Shown piece after piece: positions 40,420 to 49,281 of a DNA stretch of 64,000 nt. The stretch is from Acinetobacter phage Acj61, in sequence record GU911519.1; one strand, written 5' to 3'. A program made the translations under genes and the position numbers. How positions within the stretch are numbered: position 1 is the first letter of the stretch; each line of letters begins with the position of its first letter. The notes under the pieces were generated by a model. It made no database searches, was not told where the DNA came from, and saw nothing but the letters and a program-made list of their open reading frames with translations.

Positions 40420-40608
40420 TCAACAAGTCCAAAAGATAATTAGTGGGAGACAGATAATTGCTATGATAGCAATTCCCCATCCGAATAATTTCAATACGTC
40501 AATCACAGCTGCCTTTAAGCGTTCAATGATTGTGCCGTGTTCAAATGCAAAACTAATTGCGGTCATTATGACGAAGGCAGCCCAGATAAGGAATATGCAT
40601 TCAGCCAT
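40420..40608 (-). CDS. small two-TM membrane protein
   Basis: 62 aa with two hydrophobic helices. The stop/start pair TAA/ATG overlaps pseT. Confidence 0.4.
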   Translation of the reverse strand: MAECIFLIWAAFVIMTAISFAFEHGTIIERLKAAVIDVLKLFGWGIAIIAIICLPLIIFWTC

Positions 40609-41531
40609 TAGAATTCACCGAATGCGATTTGAGCGCAGTTTACGCCGATGCGTCGCCACATTTCAACTACCCTGTCGCGGTCATCTACTGCGAGGACTAC
40701 ATTGTATCGAGGTGCAATATGCTCATAGAAGATTTCTTCTTTAATGATGTCATCCTTTCGACTATCGCCAGTTTTACGCATCCATAGCTCATCAGGTAAG
40801 ATGCCATGCTCGTTTAACCATGCGTCGGTCATATCAAAGTACTTGCGTTCATCTGCTTTGATACCTGAATGACGTCCTGATACACAGATGATTTTGTGAC
40901 CTGAAGCACGATACATATTCAACATATCTACAACAAATTCAATAGGGCTATCTTTATGGAGTTCCCATAACGCATACGGAGATCGATGATCGTTGTTAGC
41001 CAATGTACCGTCAATATCAAAAATGACTGCTTTAGGCAACTCTTTGTTAGGAACGTATGCAACATGTTCACCTAAATACTTTTTCATTTTCAAGTACATA
41101 GAACGCAATACGTCTTTAGGAACAGCTTTGTTGCCGCGAGTTAGGTTACGCTTTTCAAGTTCAACCCAAGGCACATCAAATGTCTTTTCTTCGACAGCGA
41201 TTGTAGGGATTTTCAAACCTGAATTTTTGATTTTGGCGTTCTTTGTTTCAACAACCTTTTTGTAACCATTGCGAGTTGACTCGTTCAAGTTCGTATCGGC
41301 AATGATCATAGTTTCAAAATGATCTTGTTCCAAGAACTGTTCTAATGCCTGTTTAACATGAGCAGTAACTGCTTGTTCTTTGGCACGTGAGTATTTGTAC
41401 TCTCCACCGAACATCATTTGGCGTAAGTCATCACGACATACGATAAACACTTTAGGATTTTTAGCTTGTTCGGTAGCCCAGGTAGATTTACCGGCTCCAG
41501 GAGCTCCGATTGTTAAAATGACTTTCTTCAT
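40608..41531 (-). CDS. pseT: polynucleotide 5'-kinase/3'-phosphatase
   Basis: 307 aa, versus 301 aa for T4 PseT. An N-terminal P-loop GAPGAGKST is followed by a C-terminal HAD phosphatase with DIDGTL. Confidence 0.9.
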   Translation of the reverse strand: MKKVILTIGAPGAGKSTWATEQAKNPKVFIVCRDDLRQMMFGGEYKYSRAKEQAVTAHVKQALEQFLEQDHFETMIIADTNLNESTRNGYKKVVETKNAKIKNSGLKIPTIAVEEKTFDVPWVELEKRNLTRGNKAVPKDVLRSMYLKMKKYLGEHVAYVPNKELPKAVIFDIDGTLANNDHRSPYALWELHKDSPIEFVVDMLNMYRASGHKIICVSGRHSGIKADERKYFDMTDAWLNEHGILPDELWMRKTGDSRKDDIIKEEIFYEHIAPRYNVVLAVDDRDRVVEMWRRIGVNCAQIAFGEF

Positions 41532-41554
41532 GTCTATACCTTCTTGGTAGATTT

Positions 41555-41595
41555 GATAGGACCATTATATCATAGTCCTATCATAAAGTAAACTA
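41555..41595 (-). promoter_or_regulatory. early-type promoter for pseT: GTTTAC (rc of 41588-41593), a spacer, then TATAAT within the palindrome GGACTATGATATAATGGTCC
   Basis: It belongs to the same repeated element family as the gp30 promoter. Confidence 0.55.
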
Positions 41596-41604
41596 TTTTC
41601 GAAA

Positions 41605-42762
41605 TTAATATTCGTTTTTGAGTGTTTCAAAACCTGCTGGAACATATTTCTTGTAGTTCTTCATGAAAACTACGTTGATGTTTTTGATGGTTTGCTCTTG
41701 GTCCGCACCTTTATAGAGTTCCATCATGACACCGAATAATTCAAGTTGATCTGTGTTACGAAGAATTGTCTGGCATTCGATTGCATAGGTTTTGCGATCT
41801 GAACCAATCAATTGACGTTGCAAATCGAATACAAAGTTAGATGTCTTTTTGAGATAATCTAAGAATGCAGTTTCAAATGATTCAATTTTTGTTCGAGACA
41901 AGTCATCAGTGAACAGAGATTTCATGTCGTCAGAACCACCAGCAACAACGACCATGAATAACGCTTCGCTATTATTGAGAGTGTCTTTGACACGATGCAA
42001 GTTTGAGTACCATTCAGTTTTGAGTTTGAATTTCAGACCTGACGCATGCTGGAACACAAAACCTTCGATGTCAACCATTTCACGAATTTCTTTGATCATT
42101 TCGTTAGTATCAATGTCTTCACGTGGTGGATAAACATCTATCAAATAATTACGAAGAACTGGGTCCTTCTGCAATTCAGCCATTGGCACGTATTCACCGG
42201 TTTCGTTATGACGAACGTTAAGTAGAATTAAATCTTTCTTAGCATAGTTCAACACAATTCGGTTATTTGGTGCAACATATTCAAAGTTACAAGTGAAGCC
42301 ATCTTTAGCTAATTCAAGTGCACGTTCAGCCAATGGTTTGTAATTGATATCGAGCAACAACTGTTTTGATTCAATTGCTTGAGATGAGCTAATAGAACCT
42401 TTTGATTTCGTGTACAAATATCCTTGATCGACATAAGTAGAAATCAATGACCCATCAGCTTTAGTCATTGCATATTCAAGCTGAGAAAGATCTAAATCCA
42501 TTGTGAATGGATTCTCTTCTAAGTTGAAGAATTTCTCCATTGGGCGAGCCATTACACGAACTGGCTGATTGTCGGCATCTAATTCGAACATGATACCACG
42601 AGATTCTAGAGCACCTGGCAATAACCAATCAGAGTACGCTGCATAGTTATATGAGAAGATGCGACACTTTGTGCCAGGCTGTGTTACAACGTCTTTATAG
42701 AAAAACTTCGAGATGTCGTTTGGGTCTTGGAGAGCCATTAAATTGTCAAATAATTCTTTCAT
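41605..42762 (-). CDS. rnlA: RNA ligase 1
   Basis: 385 aa, versus 374 aa for T4 Rnl1. The adenylation motif AMTKADGSLIS (KxDG) is present. It lies downstream of pseT as in T4. Confidence 0.85.
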   Translation of the reverse strand: MKELFDNLMALQDPNDISKFFYKDVVTQPGTKCRIFSYNYAAYSDWLLPGALESRGIMFELDADNQPVRVMARPMEKFFNLEENPFTMDLDLSQLEYAMTKADGSLISTYVDQGYLYTKSKGSISSSQAIESKQLLLDINYKPLAERALELAKDGFTCNFEYVAPNNRIVLNYAKKDLILLNVRHNETGEYVPMAELQKDPVLRNYLIDVYPPREDIDTNEMIKEIREMVDIEGFVFQHASGLKFKLKTEWYSNLHRVKDTLNNSEALFMVVVAGGSDDMKSLFTDDLSRTKIESFETAFLDYLKKTSNFVFDLQRQLIGSDRKTYAIECQTILRNTDQLELFGVMMELYKGADQEQTIKNINVVFMKNYKKYVPAGFETLKNEY

Positions 42763-42780
42763 GATGTATCCTCTTCGTTA

Positions 42781-42830
42781 ATATGATCATTATATAACGA
42801 ATAAATTAAAAGCAACAAATATTCGCTACG
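42781..42830 (-). promoter_or_regulatory. possible MotA-dependent middle promoter for rnlA: a MotA-box-like TTGCTTTTA about 14 nt upstream of TATATAAT on the minus strand
   Basis: The minus strand reads tgttGCTTTTAatttattcgtTATATAATgatc, about 30 nt upstream of the rnlA ATG. Confidence 0.35.
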
Positions 42831-42835
42831 CGAAA

Positions 42836-42899
42836 GGGCCGTGAGGCCCTGTATCTTGTCGCCATTACTTCTGAGTCAGCTGGTCCGGACCCGGACCAG
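42836..42899. repeat. two GC-rich perfect hairpins (GGGCCGTGAGGCCC and CTGGTCCGG ac CCGGACCAG) in the rnlA-nrdB spacer
   Basis: They were read directly in a 250-bp non-coding gap at the position of T4 denA. Confidence 0.5.
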
Positions 42900-43012
42900 A
42901 AATACACTTCGTAAATAACTAACGAAGTTATTTATAACTTTTAAAAGTTGACTTGCACGAAAAGTGATCAAAAATGATTAGTTCTTGATCACTTAGTGTA
43001 AAGATTTGTAAC

Positions 43013-44146
43013 TTACTTACGTAGATACTTTTTGTATTTTTCCATGATCGCATCAGTGATGTCATTGTCAATCTGTGACACCAGGTATGATCCGATTTCA
43101 ACTTCTTGAGGTGCTGCTTGTACAGTGTTAGATTTCAAGAATTTAGTCAACCATGGGAACGGGTTACGTTTTGGTGCTACAATTGAAGATGAGTCAAGAC
43201 CGAGTTCATTCATACGAGGTACTGTCGCATAGTCAATATAATCACTTACTAGCCCAACGCTGAGACCTTGTGGAGCACCTGATTGGTATACATACTTACA
43301 CCATTCTTTCTCTTGCTCATTAGTTGCTAAGAAAATATTCGTAGCTTCTTCACGGCATTCTTCAGCAATTTTAATCCATTCAGGACCTTCTTCACCTGAT
43401 TGTAGGCGTTTGATCATATAACGAGTACCTTGGTGATGCAGGTTTTCATCTCGTGCAATGAACGTCATGATTTTGCTGTTACCTTCCATGACCTTTTGAG
43501 TTTCAAAGAAGTTGAATGTGTTAATAAACGATACGAAGAATCGAATTGCTTCTAAGGCATTGATTGTGTGTAAGCATAAGTAGAACGCCTTTTTCAATTC
43601 GTAAAGTTGTTCTTCAGTTGCAATACCACGGATTTTATCTGCAGAGTACAGAGTCCATTTAATTTCCAATTCATCGTAGTACTTACAAATTGATGCAGCA
43701 CGAGCCATGATTTGATCGTCAAGAACTACACTGTCGAAAATTTCTGTTGGATTATTATACAGATTTCGAATGATGTGAGTGTATGAACGTGAATGGATAG
43801 TCTCAAAGAATGTCCATGTTTGAATCCATGTGTCGAGACCAATGTCTGAACAAATTGGACCAAGAATTTCAGATGGAGCAGAACCTTGTACAGTGTCCAT
43901 GATTGCTTGGTATAACAAATTCAATGTGAATGTACGTTGATCACGTGGATGTAATTTTTTGAATTGAGAACTATCGGTTGTCAAGTTGATCTCTTCTGGA
44001 CGCCAGAAAAAACTCAATGCTTGAACTGTCAAATTTTCGATAGTTGGATGCTTTGGACTTTCATAACGTGCAATTGATGTTGACTCACCAAAGAACATAG
44101 GCTGTTGTGCATAGTCATAGTTGGAGTCACGGTTGAAAACTGTCAT
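43013..44146 (-). CDS. nrdB: ribonucleotide reductase small (beta) subunit
   Basis: 377 aa, versus 388 aa for T4 NrdB. Di-iron ligand segments of the ferritin-like fold are present. It lies adjacent to nrdA. Confidence 0.9.
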   Translation of the reverse strand: MTVFNRDSNYDYAQQPMFFGESTSIARYESPKHPTIENLTVQALSFFWRPEEINLTTDSSQFKKLHPRDQRTFTLNLLYQAIMDTVQGSAPSEILGPICSDIGLDTWIQTWTFFETIHSRSYTHIIRNLYNNPTEIFDSVVLDDQIMARAASICKYYDELEIKWTLYSADKIRGIATEEQLYELKKAFYLCLHTINALEAIRFFVSFINTFNFFETQKVMEGNSKIMTFIARDENLHHQGTRYMIKRLQSGEEGPEWIKIAEECREEATNIFLATNEQEKEWCKYVYQSGAPQGLSVGLVSDYIDYATVPRMNELGLDSSSIVAPKRNPFPWLTKFLKSNTVQAAPQEVEIGSYLVSQIDNDITDAIMEKYKKYLRK

Positions 44147-44218
44147 TGTATTTCCTCATTAAAACTTTTAGACATTATAACATAAATTGAAGGAAGCGGG
44201 ACCGAAGTCCCGAATCAT

Positions 44219-46471
44219 TTACAGTTTGCAACCTTCACAACCTTCATCACTTGAATCAAGACCAGAACCATCGTCTGTGTTATGATAGTACATGTTCTTG
44301 TTACCATAGAAGTTGGCAAACAAGATGTCATCAATAATTTCTGACATTGGAACTTTACCATTCTCGTAACGAGACGGCAAGTAGTACGTGTTCAGTGAGA
44401 TTGCTTGGTCATTCCATTTTTGGATAATCGAACATTGAGTCAGATATCCTTTGTTGCCAGTTTTAGCAAGTTCCCATGCGAAGTCATAGAACAACTGATT
44501 TTCTGCATAGTTAGGAACTACTTGGTTGAATGCACCACCCTTAGATGACTTGACTGATACTGGACCACGTGGTGGCTCAAGACCATTTGTTGAATTACTT
44601 ACTTGACTTGATGATTCACAAGGCATCATCGCAGACAATGTAGTATTTCTCATTCCATAAAGAATCAAATCTTCACGAAGGGCTTCCCAATCAAGAACAT
44701 AGACTGGCTCAACAAGTTCATCAACTGATGGACGATACCAATCGATCGGAAGTTTGCCTTGTCCGTATTTGGTCATGTACAATCGAGGACTTGGACCTTT
44801 TTCTTTCGCTAATTGAATCGATGCTTTGATCAATGCGTATTGCAAACGTTCAAACAATTCATGAGTAATTTCATTGGCGTCATTGTATGATGCGCTGTTT
44901 GAAGCTAACCATGCTGCATAGTTTGTGACACCTACACCGAGTGATCGATATTCTTTGGCACTTAATGCTTTCTCATGAGGATAATCTTGGTAGTCGAGTA
45001 AGTTATCTAATGATCGAACCATAACCATAGCGATTCGGTTGATTTCATCTTGATTTTTCCAATCGAACGAATCAAGAACGAAGGCGCTAAGCGTGCAGAG
45101 GGCGATTTCACCATCTTCACGACCAATGTCTTTAGTATGAAGTGCGATTTCCATACACAAGTTCGATTGACGAACTGGAGCAATTTCACGAATCCAAGGA
45201 CCGTATTCGTTAATGTTGTCTACAAATGAAGGGTAGATACGAGCTGTGTTAGCACGTTCGGTTGCAAACATTTCTTCCCAAAGTGTACGAGCTTTCATAC
45301 GTTTCTTGCGAACAAGAGGCTGTTTTTCAAGGTCTTCGTAAATTTCACGGAAGCGTTCTGGGTTGCTAAAATATGAGTCATACAACTCAGGATGAGCATC
45401 TGGACTGAACAAAGTAATGTAGTCGTTATTGATATAACGCTCAATAAGTAACTCATTGATTTGAAGGCCATAATCCATGTGACGAATACGGTTTTCTTCA
45501 ACACCTTTGTTGTTCTTCAACACAATCAAGTTTTCCACTTCAAGGTGCCACATAGGGAAGAACATTGTTGCCGAACCTTTACGAATACCACCTTGAGAAC
45601 AGCAATGAACCGCTGAGTTAAAGTGCTTCCAGAAAGGTACTACGCCAGTGTGTTTGACTTCGCCTGGGCCAATTTTCGAACCTTCAGCTCGAATCATGCC
45701 TGCGTTAATCCCGATACCTGCTCGCTTAGAAACATACTTAACAATAGCAGAGTTTGCATCATTGATTGAGTCAAGGCTGTCACCAGATTCAATAACTACA
45801 CATGAACTGAATTGACGAGTTGGGGTACGAACACCAGCCATAATTGGAGTAGGCAACGAGATTTTACGAGTTGAAACAGCTTCATAAAATTCTTTGACTG
45901 CTTGTAGACGAGTTGATTTGTCTTCATCTTGATGCAAACACATACCGATGAGCATGAATGCAAATTGTGGAGTTTCATAAATCTTGCCAGTTGAACGATC
46001 TTTGACAAGATATTTGTCCATTAACTGACAAGTGCCTGCATAGGTAAACGTGAAGTCACGTGAATGGTCGATGGCTTCTTCGAGTTCTTCAAATTCCGCT
46101 GGCGAATATTTAAGTAGGATTTCGGAGTCGTATAAGCCATGGGCTGTGACACTTGTAACATGATCAATAAATTTAGGCGGGTCAAATTGGCCAAATACTG
46201 CTTTACGTAAACCAAACTGTGCGAGATTTGATGCAACATATTGATAATCCTGTTCTTCCAATGTGATTGAGTCAGCTGCAACTTTAACAATTGCATCTTG
46301 AATTTCTGATGTGGTCATCTCATCTTTCAAATGAGGAATGATGCGATCGAACAAATCATATACATCGATGTCGCTGGTAAACTCGATACCTTCGAGAGCC
46401 CAGTTCAATACCTGCATGATTTTGTTTTGATCAAATTCTTGAGCGATACCGCTCGACTTAATTACTTTCAT
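44219..46471 (-). CDS. nrdA: ribonucleotide reductase large (alpha) subunit, class Ia
   Basis: 750 aa, versus 754 aa for T4 NrdA. It has an N-terminal ATP-cone and a C-terminal CEGCKL-type redox tail. Confidence 0.9.
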   Translation of the reverse strand: MKVIKSSGIAQEFDQNKIMQVLNWALEGIEFTSDIDVYDLFDRIIPHLKDEMTTSEIQDAIVKVAADSITLEEQDYQYVASNLAQFGLRKAVFGQFDPPKFIDHVTSVTAHGLYDSEILLKYSPAEFEELEEAIDHSRDFTFTYAGTCQLMDKYLVKDRSTGKIYETPQFAFMLIGMCLHQDEDKSTRLQAVKEFYEAVSTRKISLPTPIMAGVRTPTRQFSSCVVIESGDSLDSINDANSAIVKYVSKRAGIGINAGMIRAEGSKIGPGEVKHTGVVPFWKHFNSAVHCCSQGGIRKGSATMFFPMWHLEVENLIVLKNNKGVEENRIRHMDYGLQINELLIERYINNDYITLFSPDAHPELYDSYFSNPERFREIYEDLEKQPLVRKKRMKARTLWEEMFATERANTARIYPSFVDNINEYGPWIREIAPVRQSNLCMEIALHTKDIGREDGEIALCTLSAFVLDSFDWKNQDEINRIAMVMVRSLDNLLDYQDYPHEKALSAKEYRSLGVGVTNYAAWLASNSASYNDANEITHELFERLQYALIKASIQLAKEKGPSPRLYMTKYGQGKLPIDWYRPSVDELVEPVYVLDWEALREDLILYGMRNTTLSAMMPCESSSQVSNSTNGLEPPRGPVSVKSSKGGAFNQVVPNYAENQLFYDFAWELAKTGNKGYLTQCSIIQKWNDQAISLNTYYLPSRYENGKVPMSEIIDDILFANFYGNKNMYYHNTDDGSGLDSSDEGCEGCKL

Positions 46472-46821
46472 AAATCCTCGATACTAAATTCGTCTTTAAA
46501 AACTTTGTTAACAATCTTAGCTATTATATCACCATGACACGAAAGCGGATGACATGTACAACCTAATTTCATTCCTCTTAAAACTTCCAAATGGTCCATA
46601 GTGATTTCTCTGGCCTTGATCTTTTTGATAAAATATTCTTTGAAGAGAGGAATCGCTTGGTCTCCGTGCTCTTCTCGTGTAAATGGATTTCCCCAGATCG
46701 TTCCTCTCTGGATATTGACATCAAAATCGGAATTGTATTTATTCACAACTCGACAGACTTCGTGCGACCTCCAGAGACGAACTTCTTTAGGAATCATTTT
46801 TGCTCTCCATGAAGCATCCAA
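46468..46821 (-). CDS. DUF4326-like hypothetical protein
   Basis: 117 aa. GTIWGNPF resembles the GxPFGNPF signature of DUF4326. An ATGA overlap links it to nrdA. Confidence 0.4.
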   Translation of the reverse strand: MDASWRAKMIPKEVRLWRSHEVCRVVNKYNSDFDVNIQRGTIWGNPFTREEHGDQAIPLFKEYFIKKIKAREITMDHLEVLRGMKLGCTCHPLSCHGDIIAKIVNKVFKDEFSIEDL

Positions 46822-46963
46822 TAACTAGAGCTAGCATTGCAATAGCAAATACTAGTCCAGTTGCCATGAACCCGTAGTTCATGTTATTGGTGCTTGTGTA
46901 AGTTATGGCACCAACTAAGATGCCAAACCAAAACACAATTTCCAGATCAAATAGCCCTTTCAT
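46787..46963 (-). CDS. small two-TM membrane protein (58 aa from the internal ATG)
   Basis: It has two hydrophobic helices. The context TGA-T-ATG is coupled to the td stop. Confidence 0.35.
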   Translation of the reverse strand: MKGLFDLEIVFWFGILVGAITYTSTNNMNYGFMATGLVFAIAMLALVIGCFMESKNDS

Positions 46964-46964
46964 A

Positions 46965-47918
46965 TCAAACCGCGATATCAAACTTGATTGGTGGCAATGG
47001 ATTGTAGTCAATCAATTCAAAATCTTCAGGAACGTAATCATAAATTGAATCACGTTTATTGAGCTTCAAAATCGGCGAATCGGGTTCATCTTCACGTTCA
47101 AGATACTCAACTGTTGCATCGATAGCATTTTTGTACACATGACAGTGAGCACCTGAGTGGTACACATGACCAGGTTTCATGCCAAGCTGCTGAGCAATCA
47201 TATATGTGAACAATGTTGCTGTCCAAATATTACCCATGCCAACTCCAATAGGATAATCAGCACTTCGTTGGAATAAATGACAGTTGAGTACGTTCATTTC
47301 TCCATTTTCGTCCGGACTAACAATAAAACTATAAAACGCATGACAAGCAGGCAAAATGGCTTGATTGTTCGTGTCTGGGCGCCAAAATGTGAAACAGGCT
47401 TGTCGTGATTTTGGATTAGCTCGTAACGTGTTTATCACATAATCAAGTTGGTTGAATCCTTTAGATTTCGGATAAATCTTATCTAACATGTGCTCATCAA
47501 CATTGTTAAACGGATTTTGTTCTGCAAGTCTACGACTTTCAACTTGCTTGACATCTGCACCGAAATGAATTAAATTGAACCCGTAAACATAACCTGCTGA
47601 ACCTTCGACAAAACCGTGCTTTGTTTCAAATTCTTTAGATTTCCAAGGCGTCCAGATTTTAGCACCCATTGCTTCGAGATCATTAATGTTTGATGAACCT
47701 GAAATATACCAAAGGACTTCTTTGACAATTGATTTCCATGCAACCTTTCGTTTGGTCAAAACAGGAACACGTTCTGAAATATCATACTTTGTGTTGATAC
47801 CGAATTTGGCGACTGTACCTACCCCAGTCCGGTCGCCATCGATATCGAACCCATTGTCAATGATATCACGAAGAGCTAAATCATATTCGCGCATTACATA
47901 ATTAGGGTTCGATTGCAT
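46965..47918 (-). CDS. td: thymidylate synthase (intact, no intron)
   Basis: 317 aa. DRTGVGT, RKVAWKS and ILPACHAFYSF align with T4 Td DRTGTGT, KKLAWKA and ALPPCHMFYQF. Confidence 0.9.
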   Translation of the reverse strand: MQSNPNYVMREYDLALRDIIDNGFDIDGDRTGVGTVAKFGINTKYDISERVPVLTKRKVAWKSIVKEVLWYISGSSNINDLEAMGAKIWTPWKSKEFETKHGFVEGSAGYVYGFNLIHFGADVKQVESRRLAEQNPFNNVDEHMLDKIYPKSKGFNQLDYVINTLRANPKSRQACFTFWRPDTNNQAILPACHAFYSFIVSPDENGEMNVLNCHLFQRSADYPIGVGMGNIWTATLFTYMIAQQLGMKPGHVYHSGAHCHVYKNAIDATVEYLEREDEPDSPILKLNKRDSIYDYVPEDFELIDYNPLPPIKFDIAV

Positions 47919-48130
47919 TAGATTGCTCCTTTCAATTCATAAACCTTGTTTGCGATGAAGCCAATTGCAGTGTTCAGATTTTCATCAGTTTCTACATAGG
48001 TTGAAGTACCAGTGTCGTTAACAAATGATAGTGACACTGTGAACTCATTGTCTACAGAACAGAATTGGATATCGAGAGAAGCCATTTCTTCGTTTTTGAA
48101 TGCGCGTAAGATATTTTTTGCAATGTTCAT
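47918..48130 (-). CDS. hypothetical small protein (71 aa from the ATG at 48130)
   Basis: A GAGG RBS lies inside the frd 3' end. The context TAA-T-ATG is coupled to the frd stop. Confidence 0.4.
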   Translation of the reverse strand: MNIAKNILRAFKNEEMASLDIQFCSVDNEFTVSLSFVNDTGTSTYVETDENLNTAIGFIANKVYELKGAI

Positions 48131-48131
48131 A

Positions 48132-48656
48132 TTAACCTCGTAGGATGATTTCTTCAGTAACAGTAGTTGTTGGATCAATTATATAACAATGTGATTCAGA
48201 AGCACGATATTTTTCAATATCATTTAAGAAATTTGATGTCAAAAATTGAGTGACGTCTTTCAGATCAAGTGGATGTACTTTGATCTTAGTTTTGATTACC
48301 TTCTTAGCGAATGGCAATGCAAGTTCAAGAATTTGAGCTCCTCCAATAACAGAGATGACTTTGTCATTGAACTCATTGTTGCGAAGAATCTGTTCGAAGC
48401 CAGTGATTGAAACATATTGATGCGCTTCAGAACCATCTTTCGCTTTAGGACGTCCACGAACTGGGTCATAGACTACAACGTGCTTGCGTCCAGGCAAGAT
48501 TCCAGGCAGAGTAGAGAAGGTCTTTGCACCCATAACAAGAGTTGAGCCTTCAGTACGTGCTTTAAAATTTTTGAAGTCTTGACTGATGTGTGGCCAAGGC
48601 ATTCCATCTTTGGAGCCAAAGTAGTAACCACAATGAGCGAATACTAATTGAATCAT
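48132..48656 (-). CDS. frd: dihydrofolate reductase
   Basis: 174 aa from the ATG at 48656, which has a GAGGAAA RBS. MIQLVFAHCGYYFGSKDGMPW aligns with T4 Frd MIKLVF...GDGLPW. The track start at 48689 lies inside the promoter. Confidence 0.9.
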   Translation of the reverse strand: MIQLVFAHCGYYFGSKDGMPWPHISQDFKNFKARTEGSTLVMGAKTFSTLPGILPGRKHVVVYDPVRGRPKAKDGSEAHQYVSITGFEQILRNNEFNDKVISVIGGAQILELALPFAKKVIKTKIKVHPLDLKDVTQFLTSNFLNDIEKYRASESHCYIIDPTTTVTEEIILRG

Positions 48657-48677
48657 TTCAATTTCCTCTATTTCAGA

Positions 48678-48719
48678 TGATAGGACCATTATAACAAACA
48701 GTTCTAAGAAAGTAAACTG
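48678..48719 (-). promoter_or_regulatory. early-type promoter for frd: GTTTAC (rc of 48712-48717), about 17 nt, then TTATAAT
   Basis: It belongs to the same element family and lies 20-60 nt upstream of the frd ATG. Confidence 0.55.
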
Positions 48720-48721
48720 CT

Positions 48722-49210
48722 TTATGGCTTAAATTTATATGCATTTGTAACATCAATCAATTGCATCAGGATAGCACGAGGTTGGTCAGATTCTTCCAAA
48801 TTATCAGTGATAATCCGAGTACGGTTTCTGAAATCCTCATAATGATATGAATCGTCAGGGCCATCAGGAACTGAATGTGTCAGTCTCCACAGAAGACTTA
48901 AAAGGTCCCTATTGATATTCCATTTGGAAACAAGTTCAGTACCATCCTGACACTCCAGAATGACCTGCTTGAGTTCAAAGTCAACGACCACATTATAGTT
49001 ATTCATCAACCAGAGAGCCTTGGTGATGATCATATGTGACTCGACTTTATAATGATTACTATTTGACCATAGTCGTTCTAAGTACCACCACAAACCTTCT
49101 AACTGAGCATCATCAAAATGCTGTTTAAGATTTAAACAAGGTGCATCAAGTATGCCACCGCAGTTCTTAATCTCCTTTTGAAGTTTGAACAAATCATTTA
49201 TCTGTTTCAT
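48722..49210 (-). CDS. hypothetical Trp-rich protein
   Basis: 162 aa. It has its own promoter and hairpin cassette upstream. Confidence 0.45.
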   Translation of the reverse strand: MKQINDLFKLQKEIKNCGGILDAPCLNLKQHFDDAQLEGLWWYLERLWSNSNHYKVESHMIITKALWLMNNYNVVVDFELKQVILECQDGTELVSKWNINRDLLSLLWRLTHSVPDGPDDSYHYEDFRNRTRIITDNLEESDQPRAILMQLIDVTNAYKFKP

Positions 49211-49229
49211 TTTCTCACCTACACAAAAA

Positions 49230-49271
49230 GGGTATGATAAGATTATATCATACCCTTTTCAAATCGTAAAC
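49230..49271 (-). promoter_or_regulatory. combined gp32 terminator and early promoter: a 10-bp perfect hairpin GGGTATGATA/TATCATACCC with a T-run, whose loop and 3' arm contain the -10 TATAAT, with -35 GTTTAC at 49266-49271
   Basis: The minus strand reads GTTTAC gatttgaaaa GGGTATGATATAATCTTATCATACCC TTTTGTGT aggtgag ATG. Confidence 0.55.
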
Positions 49272-49281
49272 TAATTATTGA

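Noticed and set aside
40289-40744. 151-aa plus-strand ORF overlapping the Nudix, the small membrane protein and the pseT 3' end
   Set aside because: It lies opposite three well-supported minus-strand genes in an otherwise purely minus-strand block. It is His-rich and low complexity with no promoter or RBS.
46965-47918. Possible group I intron in td, as in T4
   Set aside because: The td ORF is continuous (317 aa), with the conserved N- and C-terminal blocks in a single frame. No intron-sized interruption is present.
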